This document shows positions 48,976-58,146 of a stretch of 62,683 nt of DNA, piece after piece. Numbering within the stretch: the first letter of the stretch is position 1; each line of letters opens with the position of its first letter. The DNA is from Bacteroidales bacterium. GTDB lineage: Bacteria; Bacteroidota; Bacteroidia; Bacteroidales; Cfx3-03. Location of the stretch: NCBI GenBank assembly GCA_023251485.1, contig JAHEYR010000001.1, forward strand, positions 1-62,683, in the 5' to 3' direction. The position numbers were made by a program, and so were the translations under genes. Under the pieces are notes generated by a model that ran no database searches, was not told where the DNA came from, and was given only the letters and a program-made list of their open reading frames with translations.

Positions 48976-49153
48976 CCAATAGTGATTCTGCCTTTTTTTA
49001 AGAATCCAGACGGAATGAAATGATTATAGCAAAGGAATCATATATTTATCTAAGAACCTTGCTTGGCTGGTATTATTCATCATCAAATTGATTTTCAAAA
49101 CAAGCTTTAATAAATTAATTTGAAGTGTTTTACGTTTTTATTAGATAATATAT

Positions 49154-49175
49154 TATTTTTGTAACCACGGTTACA
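49154..49175 (+). promoter_or_regulatory. Candidate -7 promoter element overlapping a palindromic operator
   Basis: tatttttg (49154-49161, TAnnTTTG) overlaps TGTAACC-ac-GGTTACA (49160-49175). The palindrome ends 28 nt upstream of the ATPase ATG. Confidence 0.4.
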
Positions 49176-49202
49176 GTAACCCGCGTTTCAAAATATAAAT
49201 GT

Positions 49203-50525
49203 ATGAAATTCTATGATCGCGAAGAGGAGTTAGCTGAGCTGAAAAGAATTCAGCAATTAGCATTTGAAGAGAGTTCGCGCTTAACTGTAGTAACAGGTAG
49301 ACGTCGTATTGGGAAGACAAGTCTGATCGCAAAAGCGACAGAAGGAACTCCTTCGGTCTATCTTTTTGTGGGACGTAAGAACGAGGCTGTTCTGGTTAAC
49401 GAGTTTGTGCCAATTATAAGACAATCTCTTGACGCATTCGTCCCGGATGGGCTACAAACTTTTCGTTCTCTATTCCAATATTTAATGGAATTGGGGACAC
49501 ATCGTTCCTTCAATTTGATAATAGATGAGTTCCAGGAGTTTTACAATATCAACAAGTCTGTATTCAGTGATATGCAAAACTTTTGGGATCAATATCGAAA
49601 GAAATCCAACGTAAACCTGATTGTCAGCGGCTCTATTTATTCGCTCATGCATAAAATCTTTCAAGATGAGAAAGAACCTTTGTTTGGCCGTGCCGACAAT
49701 ATCCTAAAACTTTATCCATTTAAATTGAATGTTCTGAAGGAAATCATGACTGATTATGCACCTTCATATACGAACGATGATTTATTGGCACTATATACTT
49801 TTACTGGAGGTATTCCTAAATATATTGAGTTGTTTTGTGACAACCGGGCACTTACAGTTCAAGAAATGATTCAGTTTATGGTACGTGACAATTCACCATT
49901 TACTGATGAAGGAAAGAATTTGCTTATTGAAGAGTTTGGAAAGAATTATGCGACCTATTTCTCAATATTAGGAGCCATTGCAAATTCTAAAAATACACAG
50001 TCCGAAATAGAATCTGCATTGGGAGGTATTAGTGTAGGAGGATATCTAAAAAGGTTGGACGAAGATTACAATGTAATTACGCGCATACGTCCCATTCTTT
50101 CAAAAGAGGGCACTCAGGCAGTTCGGTTTATTATAAGAGATAATTTTCTGGGATTCTGGTTCAAATATTTCGACCGAAATCGTTCTTATATAGAGATCAA
50201 GAACTTCGCAGCGCTAAGAAAACTGATAACGGATGATTACACCACCTATACCGGAAAGGTGCTGGAATTGTATTTCAAGCAAAAGTTTGCAGAAAGCTTT
50301 GAATACCGTGAAATAGGTTCGTGGTGGAATCCAAAAGGGAATCAATATGAATTAGATATTGTTGCTTTAAGGACAGAGAAGAATAAAGCTGTTGTAGTGG
50401 AGGTAAAACGTCAGCGAAAAGAGTTCAGGCCGGAATTGTTTGATACTAAAATAAAGTATCTCAAAGAGAAAGTGATGCCGAAATATAAGATTGAGGCAGT
50501 ATGTCTTTCTATGGAGGATATGTAA
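49203..50525 (+). CDS. AAA-type ATPase (archaeal-ATPase family) with a DUF234-like / PD-(D/E)xK-like C-terminal domain
   Basis: FYDREEEL, Walker A GRRRIGKTSL, Walker B LIIDEFQ, and C-terminal ELDIVAL..VVVEVKRQ (a D..ExK nuclease-like motif). Confidence 0.8.
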   Translation: MKFYDREEELAELKRIQQLAFEESSRLTVVTGRRRIGKTSLIAKATEGTPSVYLFVGRKNEAVLVNEFVPIIRQSLDAFVPDGLQTFRSLFQYLMELGTHRSFNLIIDEFQEFYNINKSVFSDMQNFWDQYRKKSNVNLIVSGSIYSLMHKIFQDEKEPLFGRADNILKLYPFKLNVLKEIMTDYAPSYTNDDLLALYTFTGGIPKYIELFCDNRALTVQEMIQFMVRDNSPFTDEGKNLLIEEFGKNYATYFSILGAIANSKNTQSEIESALGGISVGGYLKRLDEDYNVITRIRPILSKEGTQAVRFIIRDNFLGFWFKYFDRNRSYIEIKNFAALRKLITDDYTTYTGKVLELYFKQKFAESFEYREIGSWWNPKGNQYELDIVALRTEKNKAVVVEVKRQRKEFRPELFDTKIKYLKEKVMPKYKIEAVCLSMEDM

Positions 50526-50588
50526 CAGAAGCTCTTTTGTAATATTATTTTACAAGAGAATCTAAATAAATTAATTAAGTGTGTTTTT

Positions 50589-51101
50589 ATGATTATTAGA
50601 CAAGAAACAGAAAACGATTTTAGCCAAATCTATGATTTAGTTAAAACTGCATTTCAAACGGCCCATGTATCCAGTGGTGACGAACAGAACTTTGTAAACC
50701 GGCTTCGAGGCAGTGGAAACTATATTCCTGAACTTGCATTGGTTGCTGAAGAGAATGGCAATTTGATCGGTCATATTATGTTGACCGATATTTACGTCGT
50801 TAATGGTGATAATAAATACAAAGCACTATTATTAGCTCCTATCTCTGTTGTGTTGGAACAGCGAAACAAGAGAGTCGGTTCAAAACTAATCAATGAAAGT
50901 TTTAGATTGGCGAAGGAGTTGAATTATGCCTCTGTCTTTCTTGTTGGTGATCCTGCATATTACAATCGATTTGGTTTTCAGCCCTCCATAAACTTTGGAA
51001 TCAAGAATACTCAGGGTTTCCCTGATCAATATGTTATGGCGTGCGAGTTAATTCCAAATGCATTACAAGGGATTAGTGGCGGAATTACTTTTTTAACATA
51101 A
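50589..51101 (+). CDS. GNAT-family N-acetyltransferase (YhbS-like)
   Basis: Acetyl-CoA motif QRNKRVGSKLI and C-terminal YYNRFGF. Confidence 0.85.
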   Translation: MIIRQETENDFSQIYDLVKTAFQTAHVSSGDEQNFVNRLRGSGNYIPELALVAEENGNLIGHIMLTDIYVVNGDNKYKALLLAPISVVLEQRNKRVGSKLINESFRLAKELNYASVFLVGDPAYYNRFGFQPSINFGIKNTQGFPDQYVMACELIPNALQGISGGITFLT

Positions 51102-51115
51102 TTTGTTATTTCGAA

Positions 51116-52514
51116 ACATTGATGTCCGGTAAAAATTAAAAACCATTTTTATTCATTGTAACTATCTGAAAACGAATAGTTTATTTTTTAACACTCGTTT
51201 ATTTAAAAGTAAGCCACTTTAGAACAGTTGTAATTGTTGTTCAATCCGTATTGTTTTCAGCCAGTCTCTATCTGGATTTCCCAGAAAGTTAAGCAGATGC
51301 ATGTAATTGAACAGGTGTATTTTGCAAAAACTGACAAGATTTGAAAACGCCCAACTTCTTTTAAGTTTTTTTTGGATAACCGTCATTAGTAAATTGGCTA
51401 TCAAGGCACAATAGATTTGAATTTTTATAGCATTTTCATTGTCTCCAAGAAAGTATTTGAGTGGAAAATTCTGTTTTAGCTGTTTATAAAGCAGCTCGAT
51501 CTGCCAGCGTAACTTATAAATGGCCGCAACCAAATCCGGTCGCATCTCAAATAAGTTGGTTAAAAACTCAAACTCTCGTTTTAATTCTCTGTCATAAAAC
51601 CGTACTTTCCTTAGCTTTAGTTTGCTCTTAGTTGTGCCATCATTGACCGTAATCTCAATTATCTCATCTTGAAGAACACCTGAGTGGATATGTTCATCGA
51701 TTTCATTATGATAGATGGTATTATATACTGCATTGTCCTTGATTCGGGTAACAAATCCGGTATCATTATTGCTAAACTTTTGGAAAGCTTTATAATCATT
51801 GTATCCCTTATCAAAAACATAAATAGTGTTTGAATCCATCTTAAGCTTCTTGAGCAAGACATGGTCGTGGGTGGCTGAATGGGTAAACCATACTAATTTG
51901 GGAACTGTTTCATCCACATTTATGATAGTATGTACTTTAATACCTCCTTTTCGCTTTCCATCTTTTGGTTTTCGTCCAACACATTTCATAATATCTCTGA
52001 AAAGACTGATGGTGGTACTATCAAAGATTTCAACTTGCTTGTTAATCACATCCTTTATCCGGCTGTCCGATATAAAGTGTCCAAATTTTAGCAGAAGCTG
52101 ATTATAAATAAAACCAAATACATCTGCTTCTCTTCTTTGATTTGCATCGGCCAATGTACTTTTCTTTGGAATGTGATCGAGTTGAAAATGTTTGGTCTTG
52201 CCTGATAATCCTAACATTGCACCAGAGACTTCTCGCAATGAGGTACATTTTGCAAATGAACAAAATAGCATACTTATCAAGTGATCTTTTGTTTTGAACT
52301 TCTTTACATACCGGTCAGAATGACAATGCTTGATTGCTTTTGAAATAATTGTAGGATCAATTAAAGAAATCAGCTGTCCGAAAACAGATTGGCCAAAAAA
52401 AAATGTAGTTTTGCTCATTGTAGATTTTAGTTCGCAAAACAAAACTACAAATTAAAGGGGCCGAGCCTCGGTTCGGCCTCCTTTATATCTTTAGATTTTT
52501 ATCGGACAACAGTG
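51116..52514 (-). mobile_element. IS4-family insertion sequence (about 1.4 kb)
   Basis: A single transposase ORF is flanked by imperfect terminal inverted repeats. These are cattgatgtccggtaaaaatt (51116-51136) and the reverse complement of gatttttatcggacaacagtg (52494-52514), matching at 17 of 21 positions. Confidence 0.75.
51219..52418 (-). CDS. IS4-family DDE transposase (DUF4372 N-terminal domain)
   Basis: N-terminus FGQLISLIDPTIISKAIKHCHSDRYVKKFKTKDHLISMLF is DUF4372-like. DDE_Tnp_1-like blocks are FDSTTI, YVFDKGYNDY and RWQIELLYKQLK. The ATG is at 52418. Confidence 0.9.
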   Translation of the reverse strand: MSKTTFFFGQSVFGQLISLIDPTIISKAIKHCHSDRYVKKFKTKDHLISMLFCSFAKCTSLREVSGAMLGLSGKTKHFQLDHIPKKSTLADANQRREADVFGFIYNQLLLKFGHFISDSRIKDVINKQVEIFDSTTISLFRDIMKCVGRKPKDGKRKGGIKVHTIINVDETVPKLVWFTHSATHDHVLLKKLKMDSNTIYVFDKGYNDYKAFQKFSNNDTGFVTRIKDNAVYNTIYHNEIDEHIHSGVLQDEIIEITVNDGTTKSKLKLRKVRFYDRELKREFEFLTNLFEMRPDLVAAIYKLRWQIELLYKQLKQNFPLKYFLGDNENAIKIQIYCALIANLLMTVIQKKLKRSWAFSNLVSFCKIHLFNYMHLLNFLGNPDRDWLKTIRIEQQLQLF

Positions 52515-52632
52515 ATTGGTTATATATATGATGATAGCTTACAGCTATATTAAATGAATCTAATTGGGTCTAAATTATGGTTTATTTTAAAGGATATATT
52601 GAGAGAACTGGCTTTGAGTGAATAATTCTTGC

Positions 52633-54063
52633 TCATTCAAAGAACTCATCCGAAAAGTTTACTAAATATAATTGCTCCGTAGCACGAGTAACAGCAGTAT
52701 AAAGCCAACGCATAAACTCTGCATCCAGAGCATCGGGTTTGAGGTAGCCCTGCTCTACGAAAACGGTATTCCATTGTCCACCCTGGGTTTTATGACAGGT
52801 GTAGGCATAGGCAAATTTAACTTCGAGGGCACAGAAGTAGGGATTCTTCTTTATCAGGTCTATTCTTTTTCGTTTCTGCGAAACATCCATATAGTCCTCC
52901 ATCACGGCTTCGAAGAGTTTGCGGTTGTCTTCTGAAGAGAGGGAGGGTGACTCCGACATGATGGTGTTTAATAATAGCTTCACTTCAAGCTCGGGCTCAT
53001 CGGGATAGTCGATCAGCTGGATGTAGGCATCGGCAAACTTAAATCCATACATCTCCTCGATATGCCTGATCCGCTTGATCTCAATGATGTCGCCATTCGC
53101 AATAAAGCTTGTCTTGGCATCGGGAGATAGCCATGCATAGTTGTTCTTCACCACCATCATCAGGTCGCCGGCTTCTATCTCCTCTTCTTTGTAGAGGATC
53201 CGGTGACGGATTTGCTGATTGTAGAGGTTGGCTCGCTTATTCGATCGGGTGATGACAGCTACTTCCTCCGGCCCAAATTTTGAATAGGCTGTTTCAAGCA
53301 GATCGGTTAGCTCTGTCCCATTGATTCGTTTGATGTCTGGAAAGCCTTCTGTGTTAAAGAAGGGCATAGTGATGTCTTTTGCCGAAAGCTTTGAACGAAG
53401 TGCTGTGGCATTGGCAAGGATCCCAGAGGAAAGGGATTGCCTGACTACGTCTTTTAACTCATAACCAGAGATATCGAGATAGTAGCTGCTTTTAAGTGCT
53501 GCAGGGTCGAGGGCCGGACTGATTGACATCCCCACGGGCGGAAGCTGTGCGACATCGCCAATGAAAAGGATGGAGTTGTTTAGACCGGAATAGACATATT
53601 CAATCAGATCGTCCAACACATCGCGAAAGCCAAAGAGGGAAGGGGAGGCCAGGGCGTTTTGACTCTTTGGAATCATGGAGGCTTCATCGACAATGAAAAC
53701 GGTGTTCTTGTGCTTGTTGATTCCTACCCTTAAAACGAGTGATCCATCTTTGTTGGTGGTCGGAAGGTATATTTTCTTGTGGATGGTGAAGGCTTGTTGA
53801 CGGGTGTAGGCTGTTAAGACTTTTGCAGCCCTACCGGTTGGAGCCAATAATACGGTTTGCCTATTGATCTTTGGAAGAGATTGAACCAAAGAACTCACCA
53901 CCGTGGTTTTACCGGTTCCGGCATAACCTCTGATAATAAATAATCTTCGCTCGCCGGGTGTCCTTTGGGTGGTAAAGAATCTCGATAGTCTGCCTATTAA
54001 CTCCCGTTGTCCATTGGTTGGCTCATATGGGAAGTTCTCTAAAAACAGCTCTTCGACGTTCAT
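52633..54063 (-). CDS. SF1 RecD-like DNA helicase (AAA_30 / UvrD_C_2 type)
   Basis: Walker A GYAGTGKTT, Walker B FIVDEASM, GDVAQLPPV, and C-terminal TCHKTQGGQW..LYTAVTRA. Confidence 0.88.
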   Translation of the reverse strand: MNVEELFLENFPYEPTNGQRELIGRLSRFFTTQRTPGERRLFIIRGYAGTGKTTVVSSLVQSLPKINRQTVLLAPTGRAAKVLTAYTRQQAFTIHKKIYLPTTNKDGSLVLRVGINKHKNTVFIVDEASMIPKSQNALASPSLFGFRDVLDDLIEYVYSGLNNSILFIGDVAQLPPVGMSISPALDPAALKSSYYLDISGYELKDVVRQSLSSGILANATALRSKLSAKDITMPFFNTEGFPDIKRINGTELTDLLETAYSKFGPEEVAVITRSNKRANLYNQQIRHRILYKEEEIEAGDLMMVVKNNYAWLSPDAKTSFIANGDIIEIKRIRHIEEMYGFKFADAYIQLIDYPDEPELEVKLLLNTIMSESPSLSSEDNRKLFEAVMEDYMDVSQKRKRIDLIKKNPYFCALEVKFAYAYTCHKTQGGQWNTVFVEQGYLKPDALDAEFMRWLYTAVTRATEQLYLVNFSDEFFE

Positions 54064-54064
54064 T

Positions 54065-56401
54065 TTATTGAAAAGGATAACCTATGGCAAAGTTCCAGAC
54101 TACATTTCTCATGCTCGTTTTTAAAGGATTAATCCAGTATTGGTCGCCACGAAGATAAGGGTAGCGGAGTGGAATAGCACCATCTACACGTAAGACAAAA
54201 AATCCAAAGTCGAAACGAATACCCAATCCTGCATCAACGGCAATCTGTTTCATGAATTTGGATGTAAATTGTCCACCGGCAAAGTCTTTGTTTGAATTGA
54301 GCAACCATACATTTCCTGCGTCGGAGAAGACGGCTCCATTGACAAAGTCGTAGATTGGAAAGCGGTACTCGACATTGGCTTCAACTTGGAGATCTCCTGA
54401 TTTATCAAATCTGTTCGTAGGGTCGAAGTAACTACCTGGTCCTAACGACCGTAGCATCCAGCCTCTCATGTCGTTGGCGCCTCCTACAAAGAAGGCTTTT
54501 TCAAAGGGTAATGCCTTGGAGTTTCCGTAAGGGATACCAATACCGACAGCGGTTCTTAAGACCCATGCCTTTTTAATGCTGGCGTAACTATAGTACCTGA
54601 AGTCGAAATCGGTTCTGGCATATTGAGCATATTTGATATTGAACAGGGTGCGGTATCCATCAGCATCTTTAGGCTCATTTAGGATGTTATGCAATGCATT
54701 CAGGGTATTTCCTGCTGATTCGGCACTCGCTCTGAAATAGATGAAGTCGCCGGCTTTGGTGCCTTGCTGTGTGTTGTATAGAAATGTATAGCGAATAGCC
54801 ATAATGAAGTGGTCGCTATATTGTGTTCGGAATCGTGGGTCGAGACTATTAAGATATGTCGTAAATGCGGTGGATGGATTGATGATTCGAACACTGTTTA
54901 ATTCAATTGGTGATAGATTATGGGTGACATAAGCAGAAGATCTCCATTCATAATTCAATGAAAGGTTTGTTATATAACGTTTATAATCAGGTCTGTTCTG
55001 CATATGATAACCCGTTTGAACGGTCGTCTTGGGTTTGTTGTTTCCTGTAAATAATCGATGACTATAGGGCAACAACAGCTTAGGAAAGGTGATTCCTGAC
55101 TCTATTCCTGATTCAAAAGTGTTGAAGAAAAGGAATTTCGTTTGTGATTGCCCAAGGGATTGTTGCATTTCAGCAGCACCATTTAGTTTTATGTAAAAGG
55201 TTTCGCCTCCTCTGAAGATATTTAGATTCTTATAATTAACATTGATGCCGATACCTAGACGGCCTCCGTTATTTGTTCCTTCAAATTCAACGCCATATGA
55301 TTGTGACATGTTTCGCATCAGCTGAACGTTACAGTCGAGTTGAGCGATACTGTCTTTGCCTAATGGCGCCTTAACAGGCTTATAATCAATATTGACATAT
55401 TTGTAGATTGCGATGTCGCTTAGCCTTCCATAACTCTGTGTCGTGAGATCCAGATTATACAGATCGCCTCCATTTATCAATAAGGCATTTACAATGGCTT
55501 GTGGCTTGATGCGTAAAGGACCCTCTTGTATGAAACGATATTGATATAGCTGCTGTGAAGGAGTTGATCCTTTTCGGCTCATACTAAATACTGTATCCTG
55601 ACTTGATAAGCTGGTGGTATAGTTATCATAGTGAGGAAAGATATTGAAATTGCGAATACGGAATTGCTTATGTGTCAATCGCTCATCACCGGTTCCATTG
55701 GCTCCGCGGATGATGATTTTGATATCTGCCTGATGATTGTGGCTACTGTCGATCCGGATGTTTAAGAACTCTTTTGAGAACAGGTAGTATCCTGTGTTCT
55801 TGAGCATCTTGGTTATTCTGTCACGCTCGTTGCCCAGTGTGTAGATATCCAATTGATCACCGGGATTAAGCAAAGAGTTTGGCTTATCGCTCAATACTAG
55901 TTTATTGATTAAGCTATCATGAATTTCGTAAGCGATATTCTGGATATTATAAGGTTTATGTGCCTTGATCTTGAAGACGATATTTGCTCTTTTACGTCGA
56001 AGGGTATCAACTATCGAGTTAATTGTTGCATTAAAATATCCTTTATTGTAGAGGTGTTTGCGCATCTGGAGCGCATCCCCTCGTGTGAGAGCCGTATCGA
56101 CTAAAACAGGTGGTTCACCAACTTTTTCGCGCATCCACTTCTTGAATCGTCGGTCGTGCTTTCCCGGTTGATTCGTTTCGTAGAGCCATACTTTGAAGCC
56201 GAATAATCCCAGAAAGCGTTTATTAGGTTTCTGACGCAGAAAACCTGTTAACTCATCTTTGCTAATATTTTTGTCATCGACCTTAATAATTGTTCTGTGC
56301 AATAATAAACCGGTGCGATATTGCTTTCGATTTGTTATGCACGATGAAACCAACAATGCAACGAGCAGATATAGTAATAAATGTAAACGCGCTCTTATCA
56401 A
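54065..56401 (-). CDS. Omp85 (BamA/TamA)-family outer-membrane protein with a lipoprotein signal (TamL-like)
   Basis: (M)IRARLHLLLYLLVALLVSSC lipobox, POTRA-like N-terminal region, and a C-terminal D15 barrel with the GGANDMRGW loop-6 motif. No in-frame ATG is available, so a TTG start at 56401 is inferred. Confidence 0.8.
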   Translation of the reverse strand: MIRARLHLLLYLLVALLVSSCITNRKQYRTGLLLHRTIIKVDDKNISKDELTGFLRQKPNKRFLGLFGFKVWLYETNQPGKHDRRFKKWMREKVGEPPVLVDTALTRGDALQMRKHLYNKGYFNATINSIVDTLRRKRANIVFKIKAHKPYNIQNIAYEIHDSLINKLVLSDKPNSLLNPGDQLDIYTLGNERDRITKMLKNTGYYLFSKEFLNIRIDSSHNHQADIKIIIRGANGTGDERLTHKQFRIRNFNIFPHYDNYTTSLSSQDTVFSMSRKGSTPSQQLYQYRFIQEGPLRIKPQAIVNALLINGGDLYNLDLTTQSYGRLSDIAIYKYVNIDYKPVKAPLGKDSIAQLDCNVQLMRNMSQSYGVEFEGTNNGGRLGIGINVNYKNLNIFRGGETFYIKLNGAAEMQQSLGQSQTKFLFFNTFESGIESGITFPKLLLPYSHRLFTGNNKPKTTVQTGYHMQNRPDYKRYITNLSLNYEWRSSAYVTHNLSPIELNSVRIINPSTAFTTYLNSLDPRFRTQYSDHFIMAIRYTFLYNTQQGTKAGDFIYFRASAESAGNTLNALHNILNEPKDADGYRTLFNIKYAQYARTDFDFRYYSYASIKKAWVLRTAVGIGIPYGNSKALPFEKAFFVGGANDMRGWMLRSLGPGSYFDPTNRFDKSGDLQVEANVEYRFPIYDFVNGAVFSDAGNVWLLNSNKDFAGGQFTSKFMKQIAVDAGLGIRFDFGFFVLRVDGAIPLRYPYLRGDQYWINPLKTSMRNVVWNFAIGYPFQ

Positions 56402-56433
56402 GGTCTTTTTATTTTAATAAACAAATATACACA

Positions 56434-58146
56434 TTAGAAAGCAAATGAAAGACCTGCCATGGCATTAAAGCCATACGAAGGATATAGATTCCATCTTTCG
56501 TAGTTGTTGTTCAGGATGTTATTCAGATTCATAAATACTGATAACTGTTTCGATTGCTTATAGGTGATGCCGAAGTTAATGTCGGATGCTCCTTTTAACT
56601 TTGTTGCTATAACTTGATCTGCTGGATTCCAACTGATGGCTTTACTATCACCCCATGTGTAGATCTTTGTGTTTAAACTCCATTTAGGAGCTACTTTTAC
56701 GCTCGCTTCTAAAGTCCCTTCCATTTCAGGGCGCTGCCATGCATAAAGTTGAGTATTCGTAGAATAATGATTCCAATTACCGTTTAGTTTTATTTGAAAA
56801 TCAGTACCGGTATATCCTGCCGATAAGCTTACCCTGATCAGATTAATGTCGTCAGTAATTACTTCAAACCGTTGTTGATGTACTGTGTGTTGTTGGTAAG
56901 CTGTAGAAAGTCTTTCGTTGACAAAGAGTGGCATATTATCGAGGATCTTACTTTCAAAACGAGCTTCGAAATCAACGGCTTGGGCTATATTACCTTTTAG
57001 TCCGGCATATAGATTGAACTGTTCGTTTTCGGTGACAGAACTGGTGAGCGAGCTGATAAATGGATTCATCAGTCGCAATGTGTTGAAATTGTATCGGTGT
57101 AATCCCCCCGTCATACCAGCTAACAAATACAGCTTATCACTAATCAATCTGATTTTTGATTCAATGAAGGGATGAAAATAGATATGCGACACAGAATCCA
57201 GATCAAATGAGATCTTTAGTCCTGCCTTTATCTGGTATTCGTCGAAGAGAAGATTGTACGCAGGGAGTAATTCGACCAATGAATTGTTTTTCGTTTTCAA
57301 TACATTCTTTAAGTTGTTATTGTCAACGGAAACATTGAGCCCTATGGACTGGTGATCACTAAAACTAAACCAATCTGTACTCTTTCTGATCATCCCATTT
57401 ACCTGAAAGTTTGTCTCCTGTGTTTTATAGTAGTCCTGAAGATTAGAGGCTTCAACAGAGAAATCATACTTCAGGGCTTCTTCATCTTCAGATTTACTGG
57501 TTATACCAAAAGAGGCCTTTACTAAGCCATAGCGTTGACGCAATGAATCTTCCGTAGGCTCATACAACTGGGTTCCCTTAAATATATGAGGCGCATAATA
57601 ATGAAAGACATCCCTGTCGTAGGATGCGTTTAACTTAATGACATTACTTTCATTAAAGAACTGGGCTGCTATCTGTGCTTCATTCTCGCTCTGTCCGGGA
57701 AACCATTGGTGTGGAATCTCTCCCAATGAAGAGAGGTGCTTCAGATGTACAGAGAAGAGGTTGTTTGGATTGGCCCCATTGGATGCAAAGAACTCAACAT
57801 AGGGTGACGTGGTTGATCCCAACCCACCTTTGATATAGTTTCTGAATATTGGAGCCGGTTGTTCTTCAGCTAGTTTAGCTGCCTCTAAAGGATTTATAGT
57901 GACCTTGGTTTGAAGAGGGAATGGCTTAATATTATAAACCTGCTTAGACAACAGGATGGTGGAGTCGCTGATCCTTGGTTGGAAAGTGATCTTGCTTCCT
58001 TCTGCAACTGACGGTTGGTAAGGAGATGTTACGGTGACCTCTTCCGAATAGCTTTTTTTCTTTTGTTGGGCAAATAATGAGCTTGTTAGCGTTAAAAGAA
58101 TGAGCCCTGATATTATAAGTGCACGTGTTGTAGCCATCTGATTCAT
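56434..58146 (-). CDS. Predicted outer-membrane beta-barrel protein of unknown function
   Basis: Signal peptide (..TSSLFAQQ) and strand-rich sequence ending in AGLSFAF (C-terminal aromatic residue). Its start overlaps the stop of the upstream TPR gene (TAATG). Confidence 0.55.
   Translation of the reverse strand: MNQMATTRALIISGLILLTLTSSLFAQQKKKSYSEEVTVTSPYQPSVAEGSKITFQPRISDSTILLSKQVYNIKPFPLQTKVTINPLEAAKLAEEQPAPIFRNYIKGGLGSTTSPYVEFFASNGANPNNLFSVHLKHLSSLGEIPHQWFPGQSENEAQIAAQFFNESNVIKLNASYDRDVFHYYAPHIFKGTQLYEPTEDSLRQRYGLVKASFGITSKSEDEEALKYDFSVEASNLQDYYKTQETNFQVNGMIRKSTDWFSFSDHQSIGLNVSVDNNNLKNVLKTKNNSLVELLPAYNLLFDEYQIKAGLKISFDLDSVSHIYFHPFIESKIRLISDKLYLLAGMTGGLHRYNFNTLRLMNPFISSLTSSVTENEQFNLYAGLKGNIAQAVDFEARFESKILDNMPLFVNERLSTAYQQHTVHQQRFEVITDDINLIRVSLSAGYTGTDFQIKLNGNWNHYSTNTQLYAWQRPEMEGTLEASVKVAPKWSLNTKIYTWGDSKAISWNPADQVIATKLKGASDINFGITYKQSKQLSVFMNLNNILNNNYERWNLYPSYGFNAMAGLSFAF

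Noticed and set aside
52395-52403. A9 homopolymer as a possible phase-variation or frameshift site
   Set aside because: It encodes FFF at the transposase N-terminus and the frame is intact. I see no second overlapping frame that would indicate programmed frameshifting.
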